A stretch of DNA of 57,167 nt, taken from Nemertoderma westbladi (Eukaryota; Animalia; Xenacoelomorpha). The notes under the pieces are model-generated. The model had not been told where the DNA came from. It was given only the letters and a program-made list of their open reading frames with translations, and searched no databases. The stretch lies in contig JAUCBJ010004916.1 in assembly GCA_032718475.1 (NCBI GenBank), forward strand, positions 1 to 57,167, given 5' to 3'. Both the position numbers and the translations under genes were made by a program. This document shows, one piece after another, positions 1 to 13,488 of the stretch. Each line of letters starts with the position of its first letter. Position 1 is the stretch's first letter.

Positions 1-374
1 TATTACATATATATTAAGAATGCTTTGCCGGCTTGTCGACGAAATTGCGACATTTGCTAGATCAACCGCATCTTCAAGGCCAGTGTCCTTTAAGATGCGT
101 CTCAAGAAAGTCATGAGGCTGTCCACCATGCTTATTCACTCCATGAGGCCGCCAAAGCGCAAGATTATGCAACTGGCTGGTCCTCACCTCAAAAGCATTG
201 TCCTGCAAAGCGGGGAGGCGGTTCCGTTCAAGTGTCAAATTGTCTTGTCAAAGTATACCTCTAACTTATATTTAAAATGCATGTATTACCCAACCCATTT
301 CCCCAAATAATCTAAAACAATCAGAAATTATATATATAATATATATAATATAAATTAATATAATATCATCTAAA

Positions 375-1210
375 ACAACATCACACCTGTATATAAAAAA
401 GGAGATGACACCGAAGCAACAAATTATCGACCAGTCTGTATTCTTAATCCTATAGCCAAAGTGCTCGAGAAAATAAATAATAAATAAAATAAATAAAAAA
501 TATATATAATATAAAAATATAAATAAATAAAAAAACCTTTTTAAAAGTAATTAAAATTCAAACCCCAATACAATTTGAATTTCGCAAAGGATTTTCAACA
601 CTCGACGCGGTAGTATATGCCTCTGAGACAATGGCAATGAAATCGTTAGTCAATGGCAATTACGTGGCTGCGGCATCTCTTGAACTCAGCAAGGCGTTCA
701 GTTCTATACGAACACGACATATAAGCAAATATAGGCTTTCATTCCTCTGCATATACTTTTATATCAAATTATTTACCAGAACGACGACAGAGAGTCTATT
801 TTGACGGGACCCACTCACCATGGATGACTGAAAAACCAAGGGGTACCACAGGGAACAATCATTGGGCCACTTCTATTTTCACTGTATACTAACCACATAA
901 GCACATACCGAACTCAACCACGAAAAACAAACTTAAACTAATACAATATGCAGATGATGCCATCATATTTACAAACCATACTTCTCCAATCGTAGCAACT
1001 AATGTATTAAAACAAAACGTAAATTTACTAACAGATGTATTCCACGCACATAGCTTACAACTAAATCCTCAGAAAACAAGAATTGTTGCTCCTTGCTCCA
1101 AAATGTCGAACAGATGATACCACCAAAAATCTAAATCTGAAATTAAGTCAAAGAGTAACCATCAACCAATCACAAACCATTTAATATCTAGGCGTTCTAA
1201 TAGACACGTT
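375..1210 (+). mobile_element. Degraded non-LTR retrotransposon RT fragment (CR1/L2/Jockey-like)
   Basis: Frameshifted motifs ITPVYKKGD..NYRPV..AKVLEKI, GVPQGTIIGPLLF, QYADD. Confidence 0.8.
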
Positions 1211-2255
1211 CGTGGGGCCTTCGCGCAACACGAGGGTCAGTTATCAGATACAGATTAAAATGGAGCAATTCTATCCCAAATTCGGAATTTAAGAAATTTA
1301 ACCAAACCCCCAATAAAATAATAAGAATAAATCAACCCCCTTCAACCCCCCTCCTAATCTGCACCACCCCAACCCAAAGGCGCACAGAGGATTTGTGTGC
1401 GTCACGGGAAATAAAATTTTAAATTTTAGGCATAGAGGCGACCCAAATTGTAAAAAATATTAAAAATTACCTTATGCCGATAGTATTGATACTGAAATAT
1501 TATTTTATCATGTCAACACCTCAACGAAATTATTTAGCTAATGATTCTAAAGAATCACGATTAAATACTGAGGCAATCATTTTGCGAGATAAATAATATG
1601 CAAGCTGGCTTATTAGTCTGGTACCTTACACTAGTAGTGCCTGTGTCCTATGTAATTTCCCGTTGCCAAGTGGGGCGAGCCACGAAAGTAAGCGAGGTTA
1701 GCCTATGGGTACCACTAACTCAATCGGTGTATCTGTTGATCTGTCGTGTCCAATTTTAAACGTTAATTACTCCGCCAAATGTTAATGAAATCCATCCAAA
1801 CTTGGTACATAATGTAGTTAATTAAGTTGATTAGGGTAAAATCAGCATTTTCAACCTGCCTCGTAAAGGATATTTTAAAATCCCCCCTCACTCCCACTTT
1901 TATGTTCAAACGTTTGTAGCTTAAAAAAACGTAATAATATAAATTCTGACACATCCAGTGAGAAGTCGTGATGTCAAGATATCTCTTCAAATTTTATACA
2001 ATATCATTATTACGATTTGTAGAAAAATGGCGGGAGCGGGGCTACACTATGTGTAGTCAGTCACCACATAATTTAAATACAAACAATAAATTAATAATTA
2101 CATCTCACAATGAAAATAATTCAGAATTAAGTGAGATTTAAACCAACGACCCATAAATTCACAACCTTTCATCCATGCCCCCCCCCCCCCCCCCCCGTAT
2201 TATTTAGCGTATTATTAATTATTTAAATTATATTCCTATTAATTTATTATTTTAG

Positions 2256-2420
2256 ATTTAGTCCGCAAACTGAAATCTATTTCGTGGCAGTGTATAGATT
2301 GTAAGAGCTGCTGTATCTGCGCGGGGAAGGGGAGTGACACTAATATGTTGTTCTGTGACGGATGCGATAGAGGTCATCATATGAACTGTCTACACCCACC
2401 AATAACAAAACCGCCCAAGG
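2256..2420 (+). CDS. KAT6: KAT6A/B-type MYST acetyltransferase, internal exon (second PHD finger of the double PHD domain); upstream exons lie outside the window
   Basis: tttag| acceptor and G|gttagt donor; reads (D)LVRKLKSISWQCIDCKSCCICAGKGSDTNMLFCDGCDRGHHMNCLHPPITKPPKG, the DPF motif of KAT6; phase 1-1. Not in the ORF track. Confidence 0.92.
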
Positions 2421-2872
2421 GTTAGTCGAACAAACACACTATACATCGAATCGGTGATATTTATGTATTTTTTAACTTTTTTGTCAGTTTAGTTTTTCAT
2501 AATTGTCTGAATGACTTTTCATGTCCGTTTATCTTCAGACTGTCAGACTGAGGATTTCCCGCCTGTCGATTTCGAATTACTAAATTAATTTGGTGAGTAA
2601 AAGGAAAAGGTGCAGGGTTCATTGAAATTGTTTTCTAACCAAAACAGTTTACGAAATTAGATTTCGTTAATGGAAAGGAGCAGATTACAGTGGCGTTGTT
2701 TTCGGTATTACCGGAAAATAAATTGTGAATTTGAATTAAAAAAGCACAATTATAAATTATGGCAATAATTTCAGTTTTGGAATTCAGTTTATTTTCCCAT
2801 TCAGTTTTCAGCACTAATGAGATTTAAATAGAGATTTTTGTAGTTTTATTGATAATTTTATTCTTTCGACAG

Positions 2873-3757
2873 GAGCTTGGAAATGTGAAAGTTGCGCCGC
2901 GGACTCAGTAAAGAAATCCGTTAAGGTTACCGGAGGTGCGAGAAAGTCTGTCGTTGGGAAACCCTCCCGATCCCCGTCGCCACAACGCCACAAATACAGC
3001 GCGAACAAAACTCCGGGGAAATCTCCAGACAGGAAATGTTCGATCGGCGGCTCACCGGGGCCCAAACTCAGCAAACAGAACGCGAGGGGGGCTACGAAAT
3101 GCCCCCGGACCAAGTCCCCAAAGGGGGCGGCGTCCCCCGGGGGCCTAAAGCGGCTGCTCGCCATGGAGACCTGTCCGTACCCCGGGTGCGACGGACTCGG
3201 CAACCGACAATCCAAGTACAAGAAGCACCGCCGACTCCGCCAGTGTCCCAACGTACCCGAGTCGGAACGTCCCCCTCGAGTACACTATCCCCGCAGGTCC
3301 GAATCCGACTCCGGCAACTCCGACAGGAGCGTTTCGCCCTGTCTCTACACGAAACCCAAGGAGTTGTACGACTTTATGACGGACTACTTCACCCCCAAGG
3401 TCGGACGCACCTCCAAAGTCGCCCAACGCTCCATGGAGTTCGCCCAGAAACTCTCCAAAGATATTATCTTGAAGGCGCAACGGAAACGCATTCAAAAACT
3501 CAAAATGCGCGCCGCGGCAATGAAGAAACGTACCGCTAAGGGGCGCGGTCGGACCCTAGGCGGCGCGTCACACGTGATGTCCCCCGGTAGGTTGAAGGGC
3601 GCGGCCCTGTTCGACGGTCTGTCGCATCTGTACGGGACGGACTCGGACATTCGTGACCGTAGAGGTCCGCCTGATTGGTCGTTTCGTACCCCGTTGGGTC
3701 GCTTGCCGTCCTCCTCTATGGCGGGAAGTCCCAGCAGGCCGCACGCCAGTCCGCGGG
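2873..3757 (+). CDS. KAT6: KAT6 exon: end of PHD2 (AWKCESC), basic linker, CCHHC-like Zn finger, KAT6 linker motifs
   Basis: cgacag| acceptor and G|gtaagc donor; open frame continuous with ORF 3163..3783; contains CPYPGCDGLGN...HRRLRQCP, YDFMTDYFTP and LFDGLSHLY. Confidence 0.9.
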
Positions 3758-3769
3758 GTAAGCTAACCC

Positions 3770-5700
3770 TGTTAGCTTTGTGATAGCCCCTTTTGGTTTT
3801 GTTAGCTTTGTGTTAGCCCTTTTGTTTTATGTTAGCTTTGTTTTAGCACTTCTGGTTTTCTGTTAGCATTGTGTTAGCCCCTTGGTTTTGTTAGCTTTGT
3901 GTTAGCCCTTTTGTTTTACGTTAGCTTTGTGTTCGCCCCTTTTGTTTCCCTTTAGCTTCGTATTTTTCCAATTTTTTCCCGTTAGCTCTGTGTTAGCTGC
4001 TTTCGGTTCCGTTAGCTTTGTGTTAGCCCCTTTTGTTTTATGTTAGCTTTGTGTTAACCCCTTTTGGTTCCTTTAACATTGTGTTGGCTCCTTTGTTTTT
4101 CTGTTAGCTTTGTGTTAGTCCCTTTTGTTTTCTGTTAGCCATGTGTTATTGTGTTAACACCTTTGGTTTTCTGGTAGCATTATGTTAGCCCATTTGTTTT
4201 TCTATTAGCTTTGTGTTAGCCCCTTTTGTTTCCCTTTAGCTTCGTATTTATCCATTTTTTTCCCGTTAGCTGCTTTCGGTTCCGTTAGCTTTGTGTTAGC
4301 CTCTTTGTTTTTCTAGTAACTTTGTGTTAGCCCCTTTTTTTATGTTAGCTTTGTGTTAACACCTTTGGTTTGATTTTAGCTTTGTGTTAAAAACTTTTGG
4401 TTTGATGTTAGCTTTGTGTTAAAAACTCTTGGTTTTCTGTTAGCCTTGTGTTAAAAAAAAATAAATTTTGTGTCCCTTTTGGTTCCTTCACCGTTGTGTT
4501 AGCACGTCCGGTTTTCTGTTAGCTTTGTGTTAGCTCCTTTGTTTTTCTGTCACCGTTGTGTTAGCACGTCCGGTTTTCTGTTAGCTTTGTGTTAGCCCAT
4601 TTTGGTTCCTTTAGCTTTGTCTTAACCCCTTTTGGTGTCTTTGGCAATGTGTTAACACCTTTGGTTTGATGTTAGTTTTGTGTTAAAAACGTTTGGTCCT
4701 CTGTTAGCTTTGTGTTAGTCCCTCTTGTTTTATGTTAGCGTTGTATTAGCCCATTTTGATACTGTTAGCGTTGTGTTAGCGCGAGCGCGTCCAGTTTTCT
4801 AGTAACTTTGTGCTAGCCCCTTTTGTTTTATGTTAGCTTTGTGTTAATTAATACCATTGATTTTCTGTTAGCTTTGTGTTGACACCTTTGGTTTGATGTT
4901 AGCTTTGTGTTAGTCCCTTTTGTTTTATGTTAGCGTTGTATTAGCCCATTTTGGTTCTGTTAGCTTTGTGTTAACACGTCAGGTTTTCTGTTAGCTTTGT
5001 GTTAACCCATTTTGGTTCCTTTAGCTTTGTGTTAGCCCCTTTTGGTGTCATTAGCAGTGTGTTAACACCTTTGGTTTGATGTTAGCTTTGAGTTTAAAAC
5101 TTTTGGTTTTCTGTTAGCTTTGTGTTAGTCCCTTTTGTTTTAAGCGTTGTATTAGCCCATTTTGGTTCTGTTAGCTTTGTGTTAGCACGTCCGGTTTTCT
5201 GTTAGCTTTGTGTTAGCCAATTTTGGTTCCTTTAGCTTTGTGTTAGCCCCTTTTGGTGTCATTAGCAGTGTGTTAACACCTTTGGTTTGATGTTAGCTTT
5301 GAGTTAAAAACTTTTGGTTTTCGGTTAGCTTTGTGTTAGCCCCTTTGTTTTTCTGTTAGCTTTGTGTTAGTCCCTTTTGTTTCATGTTAGCGTTTTATTA
5401 GCCCATTTTGGTTCTGTTAGCTTTGTGTTAGCGCGTCCGGTTTTCTGTTGGCCTTGTGTTAGCCCATTTTGGTTCCTTTAGCTTTGTGTCAGCCCATTTT
5501 GGTGTCGTTAGCATTGTGTTAACACGTTTTCCGTTAGTTTTGTGTTATCCCCTTTGGTTTTCTGTTAGCCTCATTTGTTTCCCTTTAGCTTCGTAATTAT
5601 CCCATTTTTTCCCGATAGCTCTGTGTTTTACCTACCTGCTTTCGGTTCCGTGTTTACCGCAATACCGCGTTCGGTATTAGCCAATTTTGGTTCCTTTAGT
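3770..5700 (+). repeat. Degenerate ~30-31 bp T/G-rich minisatellite (gttagctttgtgttagccccttttgttttct)
   Basis: Continuous tandem copies starting ~12 nt after the donor at 3758; ~210 bp higher-order repeats near 4950-5500. Confidence 0.9.
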
Positions 5701-5727
5701 TCTGCTTTAATACGCCTTTCTGTCCGG

Positions 5728-6767
5728 TAAAGCTAACTAATACTCGGCCGTACGACAGCCGTACGACAACGTCGTACGGCGGTCGTGAGGTCAACGTACG
5801 CTCACACATCTGCAGTTGTTATGCGACCGCGTACGGCCACCGTAAGTCATCAGATGCTTACCGTACCGGTGAACGTAGACGTAGATGCCACAAAATTTAA
5901 CGCCCTACGGCGGCCGGGTCGAATAGAAAACATTTCTATTCGACCCGGTTGCCGTACGGCATTTACAGTTACACGTACACCTTTTTACATTGTGAAGGCC
6001 TATAATTATAATAATTATGTTGTAAAACAACAGTCAGAAATACTAGTGTATGATGGCCCATGAGTATCACAAACAAATTAAACAAATAAATAAAATTAAA
6101 TAAAAAAAATGTAAAACATTTATTTTAAAAAAATTCATAAATTTGCAAAAAATTTACTGGGCGTTAACTTGTAAAAAAATACTGTTTATTATCAGTATCA
6201 GTATCAATCCATATAAATGTATATAATTTTACCAGCCCATCAGTATCACTTATATCCGAAATTTGAAGTGATAAATGATGGGCTGGTAAGATGATATATA
6301 GGCCTACTGTACATTTCTATGTATTGATGCTGATGGCGATGGGCCACCAACAAACGGTGTTTTTTTTACAAGTGCATTTTTTTCAAAATAATTTTTTTAT
6401 GATTTTTTTATAATTACTTTCATCAAAGAATACAAAGATAGCGTAAGAAAGAAAAACTGTTTGGAAGGAGATTTCAGCATTATTGTTGAAAAGGATTATA
6501 GGGCAAGTGAACAGCGTTGTGTGGTATTTTATGTGGTGAAGACAAAATCAAAGCAAAAAAAGTGGGTTTTCATTATCGTGCATACGTCTGTCGTACGGTG
6601 ATCTCAACCTGACCGTACGGCGTGGGGTACCTCGCCTGAAAGCGACGCTCCGGCGGCCGTATAGTCTATTGCCGTATGGCCGCCTGGCGGCTGCTGTATG
6701 GAAAAATATGACAATTTCTTACCGCACGGCTGTCGTACGGCCGAGTATAAATGGGCCGTTAGCTTTA
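5728..6767. mobile_element. Non-autonomous TIR element, PIF/Harbinger-like, with internal hairpin
   Basis: atactcggccgtacgacagccgt (5740) is inverted to acggctgtcgtacggccgagtat (6726-6748); right end reads ggcccatttatact on the minus strand; internal inverted repeat ~6170-6372. Confidence 0.65.
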
Positions 6768-7579
6768 GGTTAAACCGTTTGATTAGGTTAAGCCATGTGT
6801 TTTTTAAATTCGACCCCAGAGACGGGGGGGGGGGGATACTGGACGCAAATCCCTACTTGGCGAATTAATATCCCGCCTCAATGTTAAATTCTCAATTTAG
6901 GGAAAGGAGCAGGTTACAGTGGCACGATATTTTAACCTAACTAGTAAACTAAACACAATAGAACAGGTTACAGTTTTATTTTTGAGAGTAATCAGCTGCA
7001 AGGATGTTATTACGTTACGGTATCTTTTCAGGAATACCGTAGCTCAATATTTTTCCGTAACGTAAACCGTAACGTAATAGCTTTTTCAATACCGTAACGT
7101 AATATTACTGTATATTTGTACCGTAAACCGTAACGTAATAGCGTAATATTTGTTTTATCTACCAAGCAATCATTTTGGACAAAAAAGTAAATCTTTCAAC
7201 AGAAAACTTTCACTTTCACTTCCCTGTTCTAGCTATTCAATATAAAGCTAAATGCTTTAATAGGTTTTGTTTGTCTGTACACGGTATCCTTATAACCAGC
7301 TTCCTGGCTTCTCCAGTTATTTATTATGAAGTTTTAATTAATAATTAACTAATAGTTAAATTAAGTTTTAATTAAACATTAAGTTTTAATTAATGTTAAC
7401 TAGGGCTACTGACTGAACTATTTATACTGAGTCTCTGCTCTATCCCAGCTGTAGCCTATATCAACGCAGTACTATGCTGTAATGGTATAGATGGCCAGCA
7501 GGTTACATGGTAGGCCTACCTAAAGGGCTACCGCTACCTGTATGTCTTATTATGACAACCTATTACAACACAAGCCAAG

Positions 7580-8558
7580 CCTTTGTACGACACGACACGA
7601 CACGAATGCAAATTTTAGAAAATACAATACGATACGAAAAAACCAAGATACGATACAAAATACGAAAAAAGTTTCGTATTTTTTTCGTATCGTATTTTAT
7701 TTAAGTGTTAATAAAAAATATGTATTGTAATTTAATTTGTATTACACTTAGAAAATCATGTAAATCTCTATATAATAGGCAAGTATTTTTTATTTCATTG
7801 TTCCAGTATGCTTGCTACAGCAAGCATATGTTGTTGTAACATGGTTTTATGTTGTTAAGCGGCTCTCTAGTTATGTAATAAATATTCGAGAACACTAACA
7901 TTGACACTGACATTCACACGTCTTTAACATTGAGTAAGGGAGCAACAGGAGCTGAAGAATACAGTAATTTGAATTGCAGTAACTATGGAAGCAATATAAT
8001 ATAATACTGTACTATAGGTCAATTTATTTTGTACCACTATATCTCTATACGTTTTATTAAAGAATTAAGCATCAAAAAAGTACCAATTTAAGAATAAAAT
8101 TACGTATTACATGGGAAAAAAAACGTAGAACATTTTTTTTTCAATATTCTCTCGAGCTCGACCCTTTATTAATCTCACTGGTGCTCGGTAAATAAAATGC
8201 CTCGAGAATAGTGATAAAGTTGTACTTTTTTCCCATGTAGGCCCTAAATAAATAATTATATTTATTTAATACTCCTATTCCCTCACTAGAATGCCTTATC
8301 ATAACATCAATCTTGTAGGCGCGATTAGAATTATCCTCATAAGTTTATATAAACTGAATTTAGATTATATTTCAGTGGTCTGCTCTTTCAATGATCCTCC
8401 TGTCTTACACATTTTATTGACATAATTAAACTATAAGCTGTAACCTAATAAAATAATAAGATGCGAAAATACGATACGAATTCAATTTTTATGATACGTT
8501 ACGAATAAAATACTGAGATACGAAATCCGTTTTCGTATCGTATCGTATCCTGTCCCTG
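7580..8558. mobile_element. Second nested hAT-like MITE with (tacga)n subterminal repeats
   Basis: tacgatacga/tcgtatcgta clusters at 7586-7695 and 8460-8550; right terminus reads cagggacagg on the minus strand; left terminus degraded. Confidence 0.5.
8108..8239. repeat. Imperfect long palindrome
   Basis: tacatgggaaaaaa...ttctctcgag...tttatt / aataaa...ctcgagaa...ttttttcccatgta. Confidence 0.7.
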
Positions 8559-10072
8559 AAAATTAGGATGAAACTTTAAATATCTCTTTGTGATCCTATG
8601 GCAATCTGAACCGGCTAATACGGTACGGTATTTTCGGTAATACGCAATTATTTTTTTCGGAATACAGTAACGTAATGTAATTTGGAAATTATTCCGTAAT
8701 GTAATATCGTAACGTAAAAAGTTAAGTTTTTCAACCGTAACGTAACGTAATACCGTAACGTAACGTAAAACATCCTTGATCAACTGTTATTTCCGTCCAA
8801 CTTCCCCTGGAGAGGGAAGATCCCCCCCCCCCCCCCCCTAACAGCGACCCCAAGGCACGATGGTCAACCGAATAGGGTTAGAACAACTACAGGTCGTCGT
8901 CGCACACAGTAGTGATTAGAGAAAGCAGTATTATACGGTAGTAGACCAGAACAGAAGAATAAAGTAGAATAGTACAGTAGAACAGGAGAATAAAGAAAGG
9001 GTAGTCTAGTCCTAGTTAATCGAAACCGATCGATAAACACTCGATTACGATTACTCCGACAGCGCATCCACTCCAACACAGCAACCTCTATCGCAGTCAG
9101 TTTATCTCTCGCAACGCTGACAGTTACAATTTATAATAATATTGCTGTTTTATTATCCTAGATTGTAATTTTTTACGACGATTTCTTACCATCCCAAAAT
9201 AAAACGCATCCAAGAACTTTCTAATAAAATAGCACAATCAAAACCGCATTCAGTAAAAATTGCCAGAATTGTTTGTTTTTATCATAATTTTTACGTTGAA
9301 GATTTAGCAGAATATTGTCTATGATACTTTAGTAGATGGTTCAGGTTTCTTAGTTTTCTAACCTTCGAAAATAAATCTGAAAGTTTAATTTGTAAATTCT
9401 GCACCGACAACAGGAAATAATTTAATGTATGCGACCTATTGGGCCAGTCACATTACTGATATATATATTTTAATAGATTGTTAAAAAAATTGTGAAGGCT
9501 GTAGCTGTTTAGTTCTTCCTGGTAACTAATCTCTCTATTCCTTCTGGAACCGGTTATTAAAACTCACTTTAAATATTATTATTTACATTCGCTAACTGTA
9601 TAGTATCAGTATTAGTTAGTATCTGTTAGTTGGTTGACCTGTCATTGAATCAATAAAGAAGGAATATTCTAGAACTCAGATTATTGCGTTCTAATTTATA
9701 AAAATTACGGCGGATTTTGGGTTTATTTAGACTTAATGGCGAGTGGAATTATGAAAATCGGTAAGATTTCGTGAATATTTTTTTCGTTACCTTCTTGCGT
9801 TGCTTGTTTCGCGATGTCCCCAATTAACATTAGTTTTCTATTATTTGTACTTTTTATAATTAGTTAGACATTACATTTATACTTGCATTATGTGTTTAAG
9901 CCTATATTATAGTAAATCTATAATATTTGGAATTATTTTTTTGTATATCTCTTGCTTATATTCCTTCCTTTCGTTTTGCTACATACAACAACGCTACACA
10001 CAATTATTAATATCCCAAATCGTTACATTTTCATGCACTTTCAGCAATGGAAATTATTATATTTTATCACAG

Positions 10073-10209
10073 ATTCGGATGCCACACCAGGGTCGCCCCT
10101 GCATAACTCCGCAATATCTCAAAGTGACGTCGATCTATTTCAAAGAGCCCAGAAGGTGGCGTTTGAGCGCACCCATTTAGACACCGATGTGGACGCATTT
10201 GAACATCAG
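10073..10209 (+). CDS. KAT6: KAT6 exon preceding the MYST domain
   Basis: atcacag| ... cag|gtaagc; phase 1 to 0 fits both neighbours; DVDLFQRAQKVA resembles the KAT6 pre-MYST helix. Confidence 0.88.
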
Positions 10210-10472
10210 GTAAGCCTTGGTGATAATACCAGTCTGTACCAGATCCAGTGCAGTGCGTGGTTGTAAGGAAATGTAACGGGTTGTTGTATTCCGAACAATA
10301 TTGTTAAAGTTTTAGGGTGACATCTAGGAGCGGCATCACTAGCAATTGATATTATATTATTACAACCATAATTTAATTATTATCTAGTTCGATTTATTGA
10401 AATATATTCTGTGTTTGTTTGTTAATTAATTTTAATAATTAATTAATATCTATTCTTTATTGGCGCCAACAG

Positions 10473-10496
10473 GATCAAAGGGACAAAGAGTCAAAA
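10473..10496 (+). CDS. KAT6: Candidate 24-nt KAT6 microexon (DQRDKESK)
   Basis: ccaacag|GATCAAAGGGACAAAGAGTCAAAA|gtaagt; phase 0-0, stop-free, inside a phase-0 intron. Confidence 0.5.
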
Positions 10497-10722
10497 GTAA
10501 GTTATAAGCCCTTTGGAGATTGATTAGTTATTTTCGCACTCCCCCCATCTCATTTTAACATGATTGGATCTGTCCTGTCTGTTGGGTTCGTGGAGTTTTG
10601 TAGACCCTTTATACTTGTAATAGTTGGTGAATTTAAAGTTATGAAATTGTGTGGCATTATTACATAGCAATGATTTCGTTCGTCCATTTAATTAATAATA
10701 TTCTGGAAAATATCACATTCAC

Positions 10723-13061
10723 GGGTCAATAAGCTTAAAAGTGGCCAATGGCTTGTCCGGAAGTTACGATATAATTTTATATGCTTTAATTTATTCGTAT
10801 ATAATAAAGTTATATATTATTTTGTAGCTAATTTATTTGCGCAGCTTACGCACTAAAAATTATCAAAATCTGTAAAGGCCGTCAGAAGATATGCCCCATT
10901 AAAGACTGAAATATCGTGAAAATCAGTTGTCCCTTACATGACAAGACCACAAACAACTGTAAATTTTATCACCCCAAGTGGCTAATATATAGGAAACCTA
11001 TATATTGTTGGGATGCTTAGATGTTTTGCTTTCTTTTCCGATATATTTCAGGCCATAATATTCATGTTGAACCATTTGAGATCGATACATAAAATGGGCA
11101 TGGATTTTTCAATTTTTGTGTCACATCTGTAACATTTACGTCTAGAATCTGAAGTAGTAACTGTAGGTTTACAGTTTTGATATATTTAGAATCTACAGGG
11201 TTTCTAACATATATAGGCCAAATATCACATACAAAGGGTAAGGTAATCTCATTTGGGAAGCATTTATGTTTAACAAAGTCAATATAGAAAGCATAAACGT
11301 CCACATCTGTAACGCTACAAATGTGGCCATAGATTTTGATAATATTAATCTCATACAAGTATAATGGTACGTGTGGAAAGGCAATTTGAATTTATGCCGC
11401 ATCAACCCCAAGAGTTAAAGTGATAAATAAACACCTATGATGTATGGCGGTGGTAAGCGTTTTTGTCAACCATCTGTAACGCGTCACCGTTACAGTGCAG
11501 TGCGTTACAGATAAGGGATGTCTCATCTGTAACGCATTATATAACCAGTTATCGATGCGTTACAGACTGTAGGTTTTCAGTCATATATATATGACAGTCC
11601 TATCTGTAACGGAGTGTCACCCTGAATTACAATAAGGCATCACTGTCAATATTTGAATGCCTACGCGTTTGATACGTTCTTCGTCTTCCTACTGATATCC
11701 TAACTGCTCATGGTAATGTGGTAGTGTAAGATGGGTAAGTGTAAAACGCGGAACCGGATGCAGGATCCGGATCGGTTCTCGAATTTTTAGGTTAAAACGC
11801 GGATCCGGGTTTTCATGAAATCCGGAAATGAGTGCAAAATGCGAATTCAATCTAATTTGAATTCAGTGTTACTGGATCCTCCCGTAAGGGGAGTAAAACA
11901 CGGATTCATGTTTATCTCTATCCGGGAAGAGGTGATTGTGGATTCTAGGGAGTAAAGCGCAGATTCACTTCACATATTAAATTTTATGAATCCAGAGCTT
12001 CTGGGTCCGTGGTAAATAATTTAGGAATTAATTGCAAATATATGCAATCTCCATGTTATAAATTTTAAAAGTAGGCCTATTAATAAAATGTGCGTCCTTT
12101 CTGCAGAATTTCGCTTTATTTCGTTTAGAATTGTTGAAGATACATTTCCTACAAACAGTGTTTTTTTTAACATACAATATATTGTACAGACGGTACTTTG
12201 CCCTGTTTCGTTTCGCGTTTTTCGCTATTAGGCTTCCCTGCATAGGCGCGTAATTTATTACAACAATGCTGATAGCAATGATCCTCATAGCATATAAAAG
12301 GCCTATGCCCTATATTTTACTATCAATTTCTAAATCATTGGCTTAACATCACTCACTGACTTACATGAAGGACTTGTGAACTACTTATATTATTGAGATA
12401 AGTTTAGTTAGATCCGTTTATTGGATGAGGTAATGGACGTCTCTGAATCAGTTGCAGAGAAACGCCAGGGAGCCGTTAAATAAGTACAGAGAACCAATTG
12501 ACCGCGCGGTTGTTATACAGAGTATTTTAAACAAGCATATAAAAAGCGGCGCGATAGAGAAAATTTAATACGGGATAAAAAAAATCGTGTAAAACAAGAT
12601 TATCGGTTACACAGAAAAATGTTAATGAAAAACTTTTTCTATTTATTGGAAATCATGTGTATTAAGTTAAGTACATATAATTTAGTGGATGCGATGGTTA
12701 TGGTCAGATATCTCTGTTTGTTACAGATGTTTGTCCAATAAATTACCTTATTGTCGAAGCAATAAGTTATAAATACTGCAAAATCCATAACGTAATTGCC
12801 GTTACAGATGGCCGTTACAGACGTTTGTCCCATAAATGTCACCACTGTAATGCGTTACAGTGGTAGACAAAAACGTTACAGATATGACATTAGTTTTTGC
12901 CATATATCTCCCTTTGAGCAGCGCCTCATGCTCTCCCTCTACCATCACAAGTTTCGCCATGAAATTATCTTTCGAATGGTGTATGGTATGGCACTAATTT
13001 CCGACAAAAATTTTTTGGTCAATTTGTACCCCTTTTTGGCCACTTTTAAGCTTATTGACCC
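10723..13061. mobile_element. 2.3 kb non-autonomous DNA transposon, Sola2-like
   Basis: Perfect 26-bp TIR gggtcaataagcttaaaagtggccaa; 4-bp TSD tcac on both sides; GRG termini; internal catctgtaacg/cgttacag motif clusters. Confidence 0.8.
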
Positions 13062-13488
13062 TCACTAACAACGCATTCATTGTATTCTGTTTATTTCTGG
13101 AATATTATATAAATATAAGGGCGTGGGAAATAGGCAAACAAGTGGACTAGCGGAAAAAACTCGATTAAATTCGTTTGCCTCAGTCCGGCACGGCTGCATG
13201 GCATTGTAGCTCTAAAATGTTAAACTCTCAAATTTTATTCAATAAACTGAAAAGTGTATCCCTTTTGTGGAATGTTTTTTCCTATAAAATGTAACATAGA
13301 ATTTAAAATTGGAACCTATTAAATTGATTTCTACAAAAGTGTCATTAAGATGCACTTTTAACTTGGAACCCGAGTGATTCCCATGGAATAATACTAAAAG
13401 TGATAAGGAATTGTCTGGAACAATTAATTGGTTTATATACAACGGAACAAAGTCTAGCGCTGTGTTAAAATTGTAGATTTATATATAA

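Larger units (their letters stand above)
6999..8778. mobile_element. hAT-type non-autonomous element
   Basis: TIR caaggatgtt...aacatccttg; 8-bp TSD atcagctg/atcaactg (1 mismatch); subterminal (cgtaa)n/ccgtaac arrays at both ends. Confidence 0.8.

Noticed and set aside
20-310. 96-aa ORF in a GC-richer patch
   Set aside because: No recognisable motif on either strand and no fit to KAT6 upstream exons; may be a TE fragment.
8861-9122. Possible solo LTR (tg...ca, weak terminal inversion)
   Set aside because: No TSD, PBS or PPT, and no second copy in the window.
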